64,000 bases of DNA, taken from Vicinamibacterales bacterium. GTDB lineage: Bacteria > Acidobacteriota > Vicinamibacteria > Vicinamibacterales > UBA2999. Positions within the stretch are counted from its first letter, which is position 1; every line of letters starts with the position of its first letter. The notes under the pieces were generated by a model, which was not told the origin of the DNA, did no database searches, and saw only the letters and a program-made list of their open reading frames with translations. The position numbers were made by a program, and so were the translations under genes. Shown one piece after another: positions 43,877-52,490 of the stretch. The DNA is taken from positions 170,810 through 234,809 of the forward strand of contig CBDFLL010000002.1 of the NCBI GenBank assembly GCA_965249205.1, in the 5' to 3' direction.

Positions 43877-45799
43877 CTAGGGTGCGGGCGAGTTCAGCCA
43901 GGCATCTCGAAACTGCCGCTGGCCTGCCGTCAGCGTCTGGCCCGCATCCTCGGCCCGCACGATTTCGATCTCGGGGCGCTCAGCGAGTCGCAGCACGCTG
44001 GTGACCCGCTCTCCGCGACGCTCGAACACCAGCGCAACCTCGTCGCCCGGCGCGCGCCCATCGATCGCTCGACCGAAGTCGGCGGCACTGGTAACACCCA
44101 GGCCCGCGACCGCCAGGATCACGTCATCCCGCTCAAGACCCGCCAGATACGCCGGCGAGCCGAACCGCACGGCCCCCGCCACGCGCGGTCTGCCCTGCGC
44201 ATCCTGAAGTCTGAGCTCTCCTGCGAACGCGCGAGCCGGGAACACCCGTCGAAGCAGGAGTCCCGCACGCGCGAGCAGCGGTTCATAGTTCACAACCTCG
44301 TGGCCCTGGACGTACCGCGCGAAAAACTCGTCCGCGAACGCCGCGTCGCCGGACACGACGGCGAGTGCCTGCCTGAGGTCGGCCATCGTGTACGGACGGT
44401 CGACATAGCCGGGCTGGCTGCCACCAGGTTTGCCATGGGCTTCCCAGAGCGCGCGCATGTAGTCGTCGAGGGTGACCTGGCCGTCGGTCCGATCGCGAAG
44501 CGTGAGATCCAGGCCGAGCCCAATCGCGGCGCCCCACGTGTAGTACGAGATGAACGTGTTGTCGACGCTGGTCCGATCGATCGGAGCGGCGGCGTCGACA
44601 AACGGCGCGAATCGGCTCATCTCCTCCGCGCTTCGCAGGCTGCGACCCGGACTCATCTGCACGCGGTTGATGTTCGACGCCAGCCCGGCCAGATAATCGC
44701 CCGTGTCGCGCAGGCCGGCGCGGTGGATGATGAGCGGCCCGTAGTAGCTGGTAAACCCCTCGGCCAGCCACAGCTCACCGGACATGTTGGCGCGCTCGAA
44801 ATCGAACGGCTCGAGCGATCGTGGACGGATGCGCTCCACATTCCACGCGTGAAAGAACTCGTGCGCCGCCGTGTCGAGAAGGCCTGCCCGGTTGGTGCGG
44901 ATTGAGCTGGCGCTGGTCAGAATCGTGCTGTTCCGATGTTCCATGCCGTCGCCGTTTGCCCTTGGCAGGTAATCGGCGATAAAGGTATAGGCGTTGCCGT
45001 CAAACGACGGGTACTCGCCATACACGTGTCGGGCCTCCCGGACGATCCGTTCCACGTCCGCGGCAAAGCCGTCGAGGTCACCGTCCGTGCCTGCATGGTG
45101 CACGACGAGACGGACCACCGGAGACGCGGGTGCGTCCTCCAGCGTGAACGTCCGCAGACTGAAGTCGCTGAACTCGGTCGGGCTGTCCATGAGGTACTGC
45201 AGATTCGGCGCGGTGAACGTCCCCGCCTCGTCACCCGGCACGAGTTGCGTCCCCACGCGCCAATCGGCGCCGCTGGGCGCCTCGAACTGAAGAGTGACCG
45301 GCCGGTCGTCGAAACCACGGGCCCACATGAGCGCCGCCGGCATGTTGATGTGCGCGTGCGTACTGTCGACCGCGAGATACGTACCATCTATGCGGTCGCC
45401 AAAAATTCGGTATGACACACGTACCGTGCTGGCATCTCCAGCAACGCTCCACGCATGCGGGTCCGGCCGCGTGACCGGCAGTGCAATACCCTCGCCGTCA
45501 GTGACTTGCACATCAAAGACATTCTTGGCGAACTCGTGTAATGCGTAGCGTCCCGGCGAGGATCGGCTCATGCGAAGTTCAAGCGGTCCCGCCGGAACGT
45601 CACGAAAAGTGATCGCCACATCCATCAACCGGTGTTCCGGCTCGCTGAATGACAGCCGGTACTCTACGGGCGCCTGGGCTGCGGCGAGTGCCGGTATGCC
45701 CAGGAGGCACAGGAGTACTAGCAGCGAGCAGGCGCGGCGTGTCGGAGGTAGGCGTTTGACGGACGGCCCTGGTTCGAAACAGCGTGTCATTGCGAGCAT
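43877..45799 (-). CDS. M61 family metallopeptidase with PDZ domain (paralogue)
   Basis: 640 aa with a signal peptide, an HEFFHAWN zinc motif and a C-terminal PDZ domain. Confidence 0.85.
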   Translation of the reverse strand: MLAMTRCFEPGPSVKRLPPTRRACSLLVLLCLLGIPALAAAQAPVEYRLSFSEPEHRLMDVAITFRDVPAGPLELRMSRSSPGRYALHEFAKNVFDVQVTDGEGIALPVTRPDPHAWSVAGDASTVRVSYRIFGDRIDGTYLAVDSTHAHINMPAALMWARGFDDRPVTLQFEAPSGADWRVGTQLVPGDEAGTFTAPNLQYLMDSPTEFSDFSLRTFTLEDAPASPVVRLVVHHAGTDGDLDGFAADVERIVREARHVYGEYPSFDGNAYTFIADYLPRANGDGMEHRNSTILTSASSIRTNRAGLLDTAAHEFFHAWNVERIRPRSLEPFDFERANMSGELWLAEGFTSYYGPLIIHRAGLRDTGDYLAGLASNINRVQMSPGRSLRSAEEMSRFAPFVDAAAPIDRTSVDNTFISYYTWGAAIGLGLDLTLRDRTDGQVTLDDYMRALWEAHGKPGGSQPGYVDRPYTMADLRQALAVVSGDAAFADEFFARYVQGHEVVNYEPLLARAGLLLRRVFPARAFAGELRLQDAQGRPRVAGAVRFGSPAYLAGLERDDVILAVAGLGVTSAADFGRAIDGRAPGDEVALVFERRGERVTSVLRLAERPEIEIVRAEDAGQTLTAGQRQFRDAWLNSPAP

Positions 45800-45844
45800 A
45801 CGATACTCAAATCTGGGCCCAACGCCCAGTGAACAGCGCGGTTG

Positions 45845-46825
45845 TCAGCGCGCTACGATCGGTAGCGGCCGTCCGTGCTCGCACCGCTGGATCGTGCGCA
45901 GCACGACATCGGCCATCATCTCGATGAAGCGCTCGTCATCGTTGACCGCCTCGGCGCGCACCATCGGAAGGCCCAGCTCTCGGCATACGGCGGCCGCCTC
46001 GTGGTCCAGGTCGTAGAGCACCTCGATGTGGTCGCAGACAAAGCCGATGGGACAAATCACGACGGCCTGGAGGTCGGCTGCGTGTTCGCGCCGCAGGTAA
46101 TCACACACGTCCGGTTCGAGCCACGGGTCCCCAGGTCGGCCGCTTCGGCTCTGGTAGACCAGTGCCCAGTCGCTGATGCCGACCTGCTGCGCCACAAGAC
46201 CAGCCGATTCCAGGAGCTGCTCTCGATAGCGCGACGACTCGGCCATCGACATCGGAATACTGTGTGCTGTGAAGACCAGTCGCACGGCGCCGCGCAGGTG
46301 CGCTGGAAGTGCGGCGAGCGCTTCTCGAACGTGGCCGGCATTGGCCTCAATAAAAAGCGGGTGGTCGAACCAACTGTTCGTGAAGGTGATGTCGATATCT
46401 CCGCCCGCGCTGGCGCGTAGCGCCTCGCGCGCGTCCCGAACGTTCTCGCGGTACTGCTCACAGCTTGAGTAGCTGTGGTGCGCGGCGGTGATGAAGCCGA
46501 TCGCGCGCCGCGCGCCGGACGCATGCATCTCGGCGAGCGTGTCGGCGAGCAATGGGTGCCAATTTCGCATGCCGATATACACCGGCAGCGGATAACCGGC
46601 GACAGCGAGCCGCTGCTTGAGTCCCTCGCCCTGCCGCTTTGTGAACTCTGTGATCGGCGACACCCCACCAAACAATTCGTAGTGGTGCGCCACTTCCTCG
46701 ACCCGCTCCGGGGACACGCGGCGCCCTCGCAGCACCCGCTCCAGAAACGGCCGGATGTCCTCGGGGCCCTGTGGTCCGCCGAACGACACGAGCAAGACGG
46801 AATCGAACGGCTGCACCGTTCTCAC
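45845..46825 (-). CDS. hemH: ferrochelatase
   Basis: 326 aa. VLLVSFGGPQGPEDIRPFL...HYELFGGVSPI is typical of ferrochelatase. Confidence 0.9.
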   Translation of the reverse strand: MRTVQPFDSVLLVSFGGPQGPEDIRPFLERVLRGRRVSPERVEEVAHHYELFGGVSPITEFTKRQGEGLKQRLAVAGYPLPVYIGMRNWHPLLADTLAEMHASGARRAIGFITAAHHSYSSCEQYRENVRDAREALRASAGGDIDITFTNSWFDHPLFIEANAGHVREALAALPAHLRGAVRLVFTAHSIPMSMAESSRYREQLLESAGLVAQQVGISDWALVYQSRSGRPGDPWLEPDVCDYLRREHAADLQAVVICPIGFVCDHIEVLYDLDHEAAAVCRELGLPMVRAEAVNDDERFIEMMADVVLRTIQRCEHGRPLPIVAR

Positions 46826-47982
46826 ACCTCGCTACTGGTCAGGAAAATCGGCAACCCCAGCATGTCGGCATACTTTGGCCGATAGCGCGCCACGTTGTAC
46901 AGCGAGTCGACATCGACCTTGCGCGGCCCCAGCATCGGGTCGGGAAGCGACGCCAACGTGTAGTTGCCGCTGACCAGCGCCGTCATGACGCCGTGCTTGC
47001 CGGCCAGAATTGCGTCGGTGGCGATGTTTCCGAACGTCGTCGCCACCAACTTGTCCACGAAGTCCGGCTCTCCGCTTCGCAGCTCGTAGGTGAGATCACT
47101 GGCGTTGCTCTCCTCGCCCAGGCGCTCCGCTATCTCGGTCTTGAGAGCCTCGGCAATGCTGGGTGGCCGCAGGTGACCGGACGCATCGTATCGCTCAAAC
47201 GCCGGCACGTACCCCTGCCACTTCGCGCCCTCCGACAGGACCAACAACGCGTAATTGCTCGGCGTGTTGCGCTTCTCCTCGGCGAGCAGCTCAAGGAGTC
47301 GGTCGAGCGACACGTCGTACTCCGGAATACAACATCGAATCGACGTCGTGTACGCGGAATACAGCGCCGTGAATCCGGATTCACGCCCAAAAATGCGGAA
47401 CAAGCCGTAGCGTTCATGTGAACCGACCGTCGTCCGCTGCCGTTGAATGGAGTCTGTCGCGCGCGTGATCGCCGTCGAAAATCCGATGCAGTACTCGGTG
47501 TTGCGCACGTCGTTGTCCATCGTCTTGGGAATGCCGAGCACTTTCACGCCTAGCCTCTCGACACTCGGCGTCGTCGCCAGCGTGCCGTCGCCGCCGATCG
47601 CGATCAGATATTCGATTCCCAGCCGGTCCAGGTTGTGCACCGCATGCTGCGTGAGGTCGAACCATTCCCCGTTTCGCGGAACGCCCTCCGCGCTCATGAA
47701 CTCCGGGAGTCGGCTGATGCGCGACGGACTGACACGGCTGGTGTGCAGCACCGTGCCGCCGGAGCGGTCGATAGTTCGGGTGTTTGTTCGGTCCAAGGGC
47801 CAGATGTATTTCGCTTTGCTGGCAGGGTCGTCCAGGTTGCAATGCGTGAGGCCCTCCCATCCCTTGCGAATGCCGATGACCTCACAGTGGTTCTGCGTGG
47901 CGCGGTAGACGACACTCTTGATGACGGAGTTGAGACCCGGAACATCCCCTCCTCCAGTGAGGATACCGATGCGCTTGCTCAT
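46822..47982 (-). CDS. pfk: 6-phosphofructokinase (phosphoryl donor not assignable)
   Basis: GILTGGGDVPGLN, IGGDGT and GIPKTMDND motifs are present. The G104-like plus K124-like combination leaves ATP versus PPi ambiguous. Confidence 0.85.
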   Translation of the reverse strand: MSKRIGILTGGGDVPGLNSVIKSVVYRATQNHCEVIGIRKGWEGLTHCNLDDPASKAKYIWPLDRTNTRTIDRSGGTVLHTSRVSPSRISRLPEFMSAEGVPRNGEWFDLTQHAVHNLDRLGIEYLIAIGGDGTLATTPSVERLGVKVLGIPKTMDNDVRNTEYCIGFSTAITRATDSIQRQRTTVGSHERYGLFRIFGRESGFTALYSAYTTSIRCCIPEYDVSLDRLLELLAEEKRNTPSNYALLVLSEGAKWQGYVPAFERYDASGHLRPPSIAEALKTEIAERLGEESNASDLTYELRSGEPDFVDKLVATTFGNIATDAILAGKHGVMTALVSGNYTLASLPDPMLGPRKVDVDSLYNVARYRPKYADMLGLPIFLTSSEV

Positions 47983-48146
47983 GCTTCATTGTGCTGTATC
48001 CGGACGACGCAGCGTCCGCGGAGCCAGGTTGGCGGTTCGGCGTCATCGGCCGCCCGGTGTCCGTCTCTGTCCAACGCATGACGTCGTCCGCTCGCCACCT
48101 GCGCAATGACCCGCCCCCGCTGCTCTCGTAGGTCAGGGCCGATAAG

Positions 48147-48166
48147 AACCATGGTTATGGTAGTAT
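48147..48166 (+). promoter_or_regulatory. candidate vapBC operator palindrome plus -10 element
   Basis: The 10-bp palindrome AACCATGGTT (48147-48156) is followed by TAGTAT (48161-48166), 9 nt before the vapB ATG. This implies a very short or absent leader. Confidence 0.3.
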
Positions 48167-48175
48167 TACCCAAGT

Positions 48176-48457
48176 ATGGTTCGAGCTACATTCTCGCTGG
48201 ACGAAGCCACCATAGCCGAGATCAAGCGCACGGCTGCGCGGCTACGCAAGCCCCAGAGCCATGTGGTGCGCGACGCAGTGGTTGACTATGCGGCCCGCAC
48301 CGACCGCCTGAGCGAGCGGGAGCGGTTGCATTTGATGGGGGTGCTCGAAGGGCTGCGCCACAAGAGACCGACGCGCCAGGCAACGGCCGTGGATGCCGAA
48401 CTGAGGTCCTTGCGCTCCGCAAGGCGTGATGGGGGGCGCCGGCACAAGTCAGCATGA
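48176..48457 (+). CDS. vapB: type II antitoxin, ribbon-helix-helix (VapB/CopG-like)
   Basis: 93 aa with an RHH-like N-terminus (ATFSLDEATIAEIKRTAARL). Overlaps the PIN gene by 4 nt. Confidence 0.75.
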   Translation: MVRATFSLDEATIAEIKRTAARLRKPQSHVVRDAVVDYAARTDRLSERERLHLMGVLEGLRHKRPTRQATAVDAELRSLRSARRDGGRRHKSA

Positions 48458-48828
48458 TTGTTCACATTGATACCAGTGCACTGGTCGACGCCCTGACCGG
48501 CCCTCGCCGATCTCTCGAGACACTGATCAGCCTGACTGACCAGGGCCATCGCCTGGCGCTCTCGACAATCGTCCTCTACGAATGGCTGCGGGGGCCGCGG
48601 ACCAGGGCCGATCTGTCGGCGCAGGAGGCCCTGCTCCCCTCCGAGCACGCGATTGGTTTCGGACCAGCCGAAGCCGCCCTCGCGGCCCGCCTGTACAAGC
48701 AGGTGGCGCGCCCCCGCGGGCGCGAAGTTCATCTGGCCGTGGCCGCGGCCGCAATCGAGCATGGTGCCGCCATCTGGACGCTCGACTCGGGCGACTTTCG
48801 CGACATCCCCGAGTTGCGTCTGGTGTGA
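48454..48828 (+). CDS. vapC: type II toxin, PIN domain ribonuclease (VapC)
   Basis: 124 aa, with MIVHIDTSAL (D6), E43 and TLDSGDF. Confidence 0.8.
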   Translation: MIVHIDTSALVDALTGPRRSLETLISLTDQGHRLALSTIVLYEWLRGPRTRADLSAQEALLPSEHAIGFGPAEAALAARLYKQVARPRGREVHLAVAAAAIEHGAAIWTLDSGDFRDIPELRLV

Positions 48829-48918
48829 TTGTGAAGCCCCGGAACACCGGTAGCGGATCTCGTTCTTCTCTTCGGATTTCACAGTTACCCATGTCCCCGG
48901 AATGGACCCTCTGTAGGG

Positions 48919-49011
48919 TGGCGGTGAGGCAGGGATTCGAACCCTGGGTAGGGGTTTAAGCCCTACAACGGTTTAGCAAACCGCCGCCTTCAGCCTCTCG
49001 GCCACCTCACC
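48919..49011 (-). tRNA. tRNA-Ser (anticodon GCU)
   Basis: Hand-folded 93 nt. Acceptor GGTGAGG/CCTCACC, anticodon loop TTGCTAA, long variable arm GTAGGG/CCCTAC, T-arm CAGGG-TTCGAAT-CCCTG, encoded CCA. Confidence 0.9.
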
Positions 49012-49134
49012 GTATAGGGGTTGCCGTCTGTGGACGCTCGCAAACGGCCTCGCTCCCAACATTATAGCGATCGTCGGCGCGCGCCGTTTCAGGACGGTGC
49101 ATCGCCACCGGGCCTCGGGGATAATGCGTGCGAC

Positions 49135-50181
49135 ATGCCCGCACCCGAGCCGTACATGACGATTCGGGCCGTTCGGCCGCTCGCGTCGGGCCTGCAGGCG
49201 CTGGGCCACGATCCCGCCCCCTTTCTGGCCGCCGAAGGGATCGACGCAGCGATGCTCGGGGACCCGGATGCCCGTGTGCCGTGGGGCTCGGTCCTGTCGC
49301 TGATCGCACGTGCGATCGACGTCACGGGCGATTCCAACCTCGGGCTTCACATCGCCGAACACGCCGAACCGGGATCGCTCGACGTGCACTTCTATGCGCT
49401 GCTCTCAAGCCAGACGCTCGGCGACGGCTACCAGTGCCTCTGCCGCTACCAGCGCCTCGTCCATGAGACGACGCGCATCGAGCTCACCGTAGATGGCGAG
49501 CACGCGACGTTGCGCCATGTCATGCCTGGCGGCGTCGCGGCGCCGCGACACAGCGCTGAGTTTCTGCTGGCGATCTGGGTGCGCGGCGGTCGAATGGCCA
49601 CCGGCACCGACTGGGCACCGACCGAAGTCCGGTTCGCGCATCCGCAGCCGCAGGATTCGAGCGACCATCGTCGATTCTTCGCGGCCCCGGTGCGGTTCTC
49701 CACGGCAGAGAACGCCCTCGTCCTGCCGGCGGCGCTGCTCGAAACGCCCTGCCAACGCGCAGACGCGGCACTCCTGGCTGTGCTGGACAGGTATGCGGCG
49801 GATCGGCTCCAGCGGACTCCTGAGACCACCGGCTTCGCCGACCGCGCACGCGCCGCGCTGCTGGAAGAGCTGCGAGCGGGCGAGCCGAGCGCGGCACGAC
49901 TCGCGACGCGGCTCAAGACCAGCGTGCGAACGCTGAACCGCACGCTCGCCAGCGAGAATCTCTCCTACCGACAGCTGCTCGACCACCTCCGCCATGAGCA
50001 AGCCTGCCGACAGCTTGCCGACGGGCGCGTCGCGATCGCCGAGATCGCCTTCCTCCTCGGATTCTCGGAGTTGAGCGCGTTCTATCGGGCGTTCAAGCGG
50101 TGGACCGGACAGACACCGGCTGAGTTCCGCGGCGACCGCACAGCGCTCCACGCAACGAGCAAACGAGATGCACTCGGGTAA
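49135..50181 (+). CDS. AraC family transcriptional regulator
   Basis: The C-terminal HTH_18 region (VAIAEIAFLLGFSELSAFYRAFKRWTGQTPAEFR) is typical. The start is moved to 49135 to clear the tRNA. Confidence 0.85.
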   Translation: MPAPEPYMTIRAVRPLASGLQALGHDPAPFLAAEGIDAAMLGDPDARVPWGSVLSLIARAIDVTGDSNLGLHIAEHAEPGSLDVHFYALLSSQTLGDGYQCLCRYQRLVHETTRIELTVDGEHATLRHVMPGGVAAPRHSAEFLLAIWVRGGRMATGTDWAPTEVRFAHPQPQDSSDHRRFFAAPVRFSTAENALVLPAALLETPCQRADAALLAVLDRYAADRLQRTPETTGFADRARAALLEELRAGEPSAARLATRLKTSVRTLNRTLASENLSYRQLLDHLRHEQACRQLADGRVAIAEIAFLLGFSELSAFYRAFKRWTGQTPAEFRGDRTALHATSKRDALG

Positions 50182-50220
50182 CCCCATTCAAGCCGTGGGT
50201 GATCCCAACGAGCGTGGCAC

Positions 50221-51267
50221 GTGACTCAACAGCGGCGTTGGCGCTCGTTGTTGCCACTGAAACCGCCACGGAGCACGGTGCTCAAGGAAGCTGGCTATCA
50301 GCCCGCGTCAGACCGGGAGCCGTGGGACCTCTGGCTGTGGCAGAGCCGATCCGCCGACATGCGATCTCGCACGCAGGCACTGATGAGTGGCGGCGGCCTG
50401 GAACGTCGGCTGGCAACGCTCCAACCGCCAGATCCTCTCGCTGTGGTCGGGGCGATCCCGGGCGGGTTGGCGCTGTCCAACAAGCGCAGCCTCTGGATTC
50501 GACTGGTGAAAGCCTATGGGCGCGCACGGGCAGAGACGATCGCCCCGGCAACCTGGCTACCAGATTTCCCCGCTGACCGCCGTCTCCTTGAGGCGCGTCG
50601 AGGCTCGGATGCCCTGTATCTGTTGAAGGACTCGTCCAAGAACCGCCGCAAGGGGCTGACGGTCACCAGGGATCCTCTGATCGGCGGCAGTTCCCGGCAC
50701 GTCGTGCAGGCCATGGTGCCGGATCAGCTATTGATCTCAGGGCATCGATGCAGCCTCAGATGCTGGGTTGTGCTGGTGCGGCACCAAGGAGTCCTCAGTG
50801 CCCATCTGTATCGCGAGGGCATCGTCATGTACGTCCCGGGCGGCTCGGCCGTCGAAGACCAGTGGATTACCCGACAGCAGAAGCACATCGGGCCGGCTGG
50901 CGCCCCGCAGCGACTGTCTACTTTGTGTTCAACGCTCGCGGTCGAGCGCGCGGACCCCGGCACCTTGCACGCCGGTATCGTCCGGGCCGTACGAGGCGCC
51001 GTCAACGCCTCCCTGGGCGATCTGAGAGGAAGCGTGCTCAGCAGTCACCGCTGCTTTGAGCTGCTGGGCGCGGACTTCGTCGTCGACCGGCATCTGAAGC
51101 CGTGGCTGCTGGAACTGAACCGGATGCCGAGCCTCGAGTCCAGGCAGGAATCGGAGCGTCCGCTCCGGTCAGCGATGCTGAGGTCAGCCTTCGCTTGTGG
51201 AGGTGTAGCTGGGTTCAGCCCGGACGATGAGTGCCCGGAAGTGGGGCGCTGGGCCATCCAGCTATAG
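50221..51267 (+). CDS. tubulin-tyrosine ligase (TTL/TTLL)-like ATP-grasp protein
   Basis: HVVQAMVPDQLLISGHRCSLRCWVVLV...HLYREGIV and CFELLGADFVVDRHLKPWLLELNRMPSLE parallel the TTL blocks YVAQKYI.NPLLI.G.KFDLRIYVLVT..LYKEG and CFEILGFDILLD..LKPWLLEVN.SPS. Confidence 0.8.
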   Translation: MTQQRRWRSLLPLKPPRSTVLKEAGYQPASDREPWDLWLWQSRSADMRSRTQALMSGGGLERRLATLQPPDPLAVVGAIPGGLALSNKRSLWIRLVKAYGRARAETIAPATWLPDFPADRRLLEARRGSDALYLLKDSSKNRRKGLTVTRDPLIGGSSRHVVQAMVPDQLLISGHRCSLRCWVVLVRHQGVLSAHLYREGIVMYVPGGSAVEDQWITRQQKHIGPAGAPQRLSTLCSTLAVERADPGTLHAGIVRAVRGAVNASLGDLRGSVLSSHRCFELLGADFVVDRHLKPWLLELNRMPSLESRQESERPLRSAMLRSAFACGGVAGFSPDDECPEVGRWAIQL

Positions 51268-51487
51268 GTACGGTGTGCACAACGTTCCTCAGCGGGCCCG
51301 GCAGGTCGACGGACCCGCAAGTTTCATCTACCGCGGCGGATCAGAACTAAGGGGTATAGTTGGCAGCATCGGTCACCCCCCCTTGGGCTTCGCAGATTTC
51401 GCGTTCAGGTTGTCGGCACGTAAACACGGATACGTCTTTCAGAGCACTCGCGCGAGGGTGGTGTGATTCGACGGGAATGAGGCATCA

Positions 51488-52420
51488 ATGAAACATGTTA
51501 TTGCGGTGGTCCTGGTGACCGCGCTCTGCGCGGCCGTTTGGGTTGCACCGGCATACGCGCGGCAAAACGGCAAGAAGAACACGAACGCGCCGGACAATGG
51601 CCCCAACAACCAGAATTGGAACACGGTCGTGACCGGCGCGACGACCGACGCATCGCAAACAACGCTCTTCCTCGTCGGGGACGACTTCTCGCCGGATGCG
51701 GCCGTCTACATCGCCGGTTTCCAGTTGGGTAATGTCATGGTCGATGCGTCGAGGACGTCGCTGACGGCGATGATGCCAGCAGGCGGGTTCGTCCCAGGCA
51801 GCTACCTGGTTCGCGTGGTGGCCGGCACCTCTGAGCAGAAGAACGTCAGCTTCGAGATGACCATCGGAGCTGCTGGTCCAACAGGTGCCGCCGGAACCGA
51901 CGGCGTTGACGGTCTCAATGGCATCAACGGTATCAACGGCACCAATGGTACCAACGGCGTTGATGGCACCAATGGTATTGATGGGGTCGTTATTGGCCAC
52001 TACCGGACGTTGGGCGACGACGCGAACAACTACACGGTGATCCCCAACAATTCGTCGGGAGTGAGGATCACGAATTGCGATCCGGGAGATGTCGCTGTGG
52101 GCGGTGGGCACCTCATTGACGGCATCGGATCTTTGTCGGCGCCGGCAATCCTCGCCAGTGTTCCCTGGCAGAGTGCGGAATCGTGGCTGGTCCAGGCGGT
52201 GGGGACCGGTAGCTACGGGAATTTCACGCTCTACACCGTCGTTCGGTGTGCTGATTACGCTCTGATTCACGTGGGTGGCATGGACGAGATGGAGTTCACC
52301 GAAGCCGAGTCCAACCTAAACGACCTGGTCTCTGAATATCAGCAATACGAGGACGCGACTGCAGAAGACGAGGAGTTTGAGGACGAGGAAGAAGACGGGG
52401 AAGACGAAGAAGAACTCTGA
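51488..52420 (+). CDS. secreted IPT/TIG-like + collagen-triplet-repeat protein with a polyacidic C-terminal tail
   Basis: Signal peptide [24 protein letters not shown]. 13 G-X-Y triplets (aa 127-166). Final 23 aa: [23 protein letters not shown] (17/23 acidic). Confidence 0.75.
   Translation: MKHVIAVVLVTALCAAVWVAPAYARQNGKKNTNAPDNGPNNQNWNTVVTGATTDASQTTLFLVGDDFSPDAAVYIAGFQLGNVMVDASRTSLTAMMPAGGFVPGSYLVRVVAGTSEQKNVSFEMTIGAAGPTGAAGTDGVDGLNGINGINGTNGTNGVDGTNGIDGVVIGHYRTLGDDANNYTVIPNNSSGVRITNCDPGDVAVGGGHLIDGIGSLSAPAILASVPWQSAESWLVQAVGTGSYGNFTLYTVVRCADYALIHVGGMDEMEFTEAESNLNDLVSEYQQYEDATAEDEEFEDEEEDGEDEEEL
51866..51985 (+). repeat. collagen-like G-X-Y coding repeat (13 triplets, 9-bp periodicity)
   Basis: [40 protein letters not shown]. 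The DNA shows the ggNatcaac / ggNaccaaY periodicity. Confidence 0.85.
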
Positions 52421-52442
52421 TCGTGTGTCTCGCGGCTGATCT

Positions 52443-52475
52443 GAGAGCCCATCTCTCTTTGAGGGACGGGCTCTC
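52443..52475. terminator. candidate bidirectional terminator hairpin between convergent genes
   Basis: GAGAGCCC (52443-52450) pairs with GGGCTCTC (52468-52475), followed by a T-rich GTCATTTGT. The loop is large at 17 nt. Confidence 0.3.
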
Positions 52476-52490
52476 GTCATTTGTGACCGC

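Noticed and set aside
47983-48918. vapBC as a tRNA-Ser-integrated islet bounded by a direct repeat of the tRNA 3' end.
   Set aside because: Only a 7-nt match (TGGCGGT near 48028) to the tRNA 3' end was found upstream, and no integrase remnant. That is insufficient evidence.
51866-51985. A periodic 9-bp DNA repeat that could look like a short tandem-repeat or CRISPR-like array.
   Set aside because: It is in frame inside a CDS and encodes collagen G-X-Y triplets. There is no repeat-spacer structure, and no CRISPR array or cas genes anywhere in the window.
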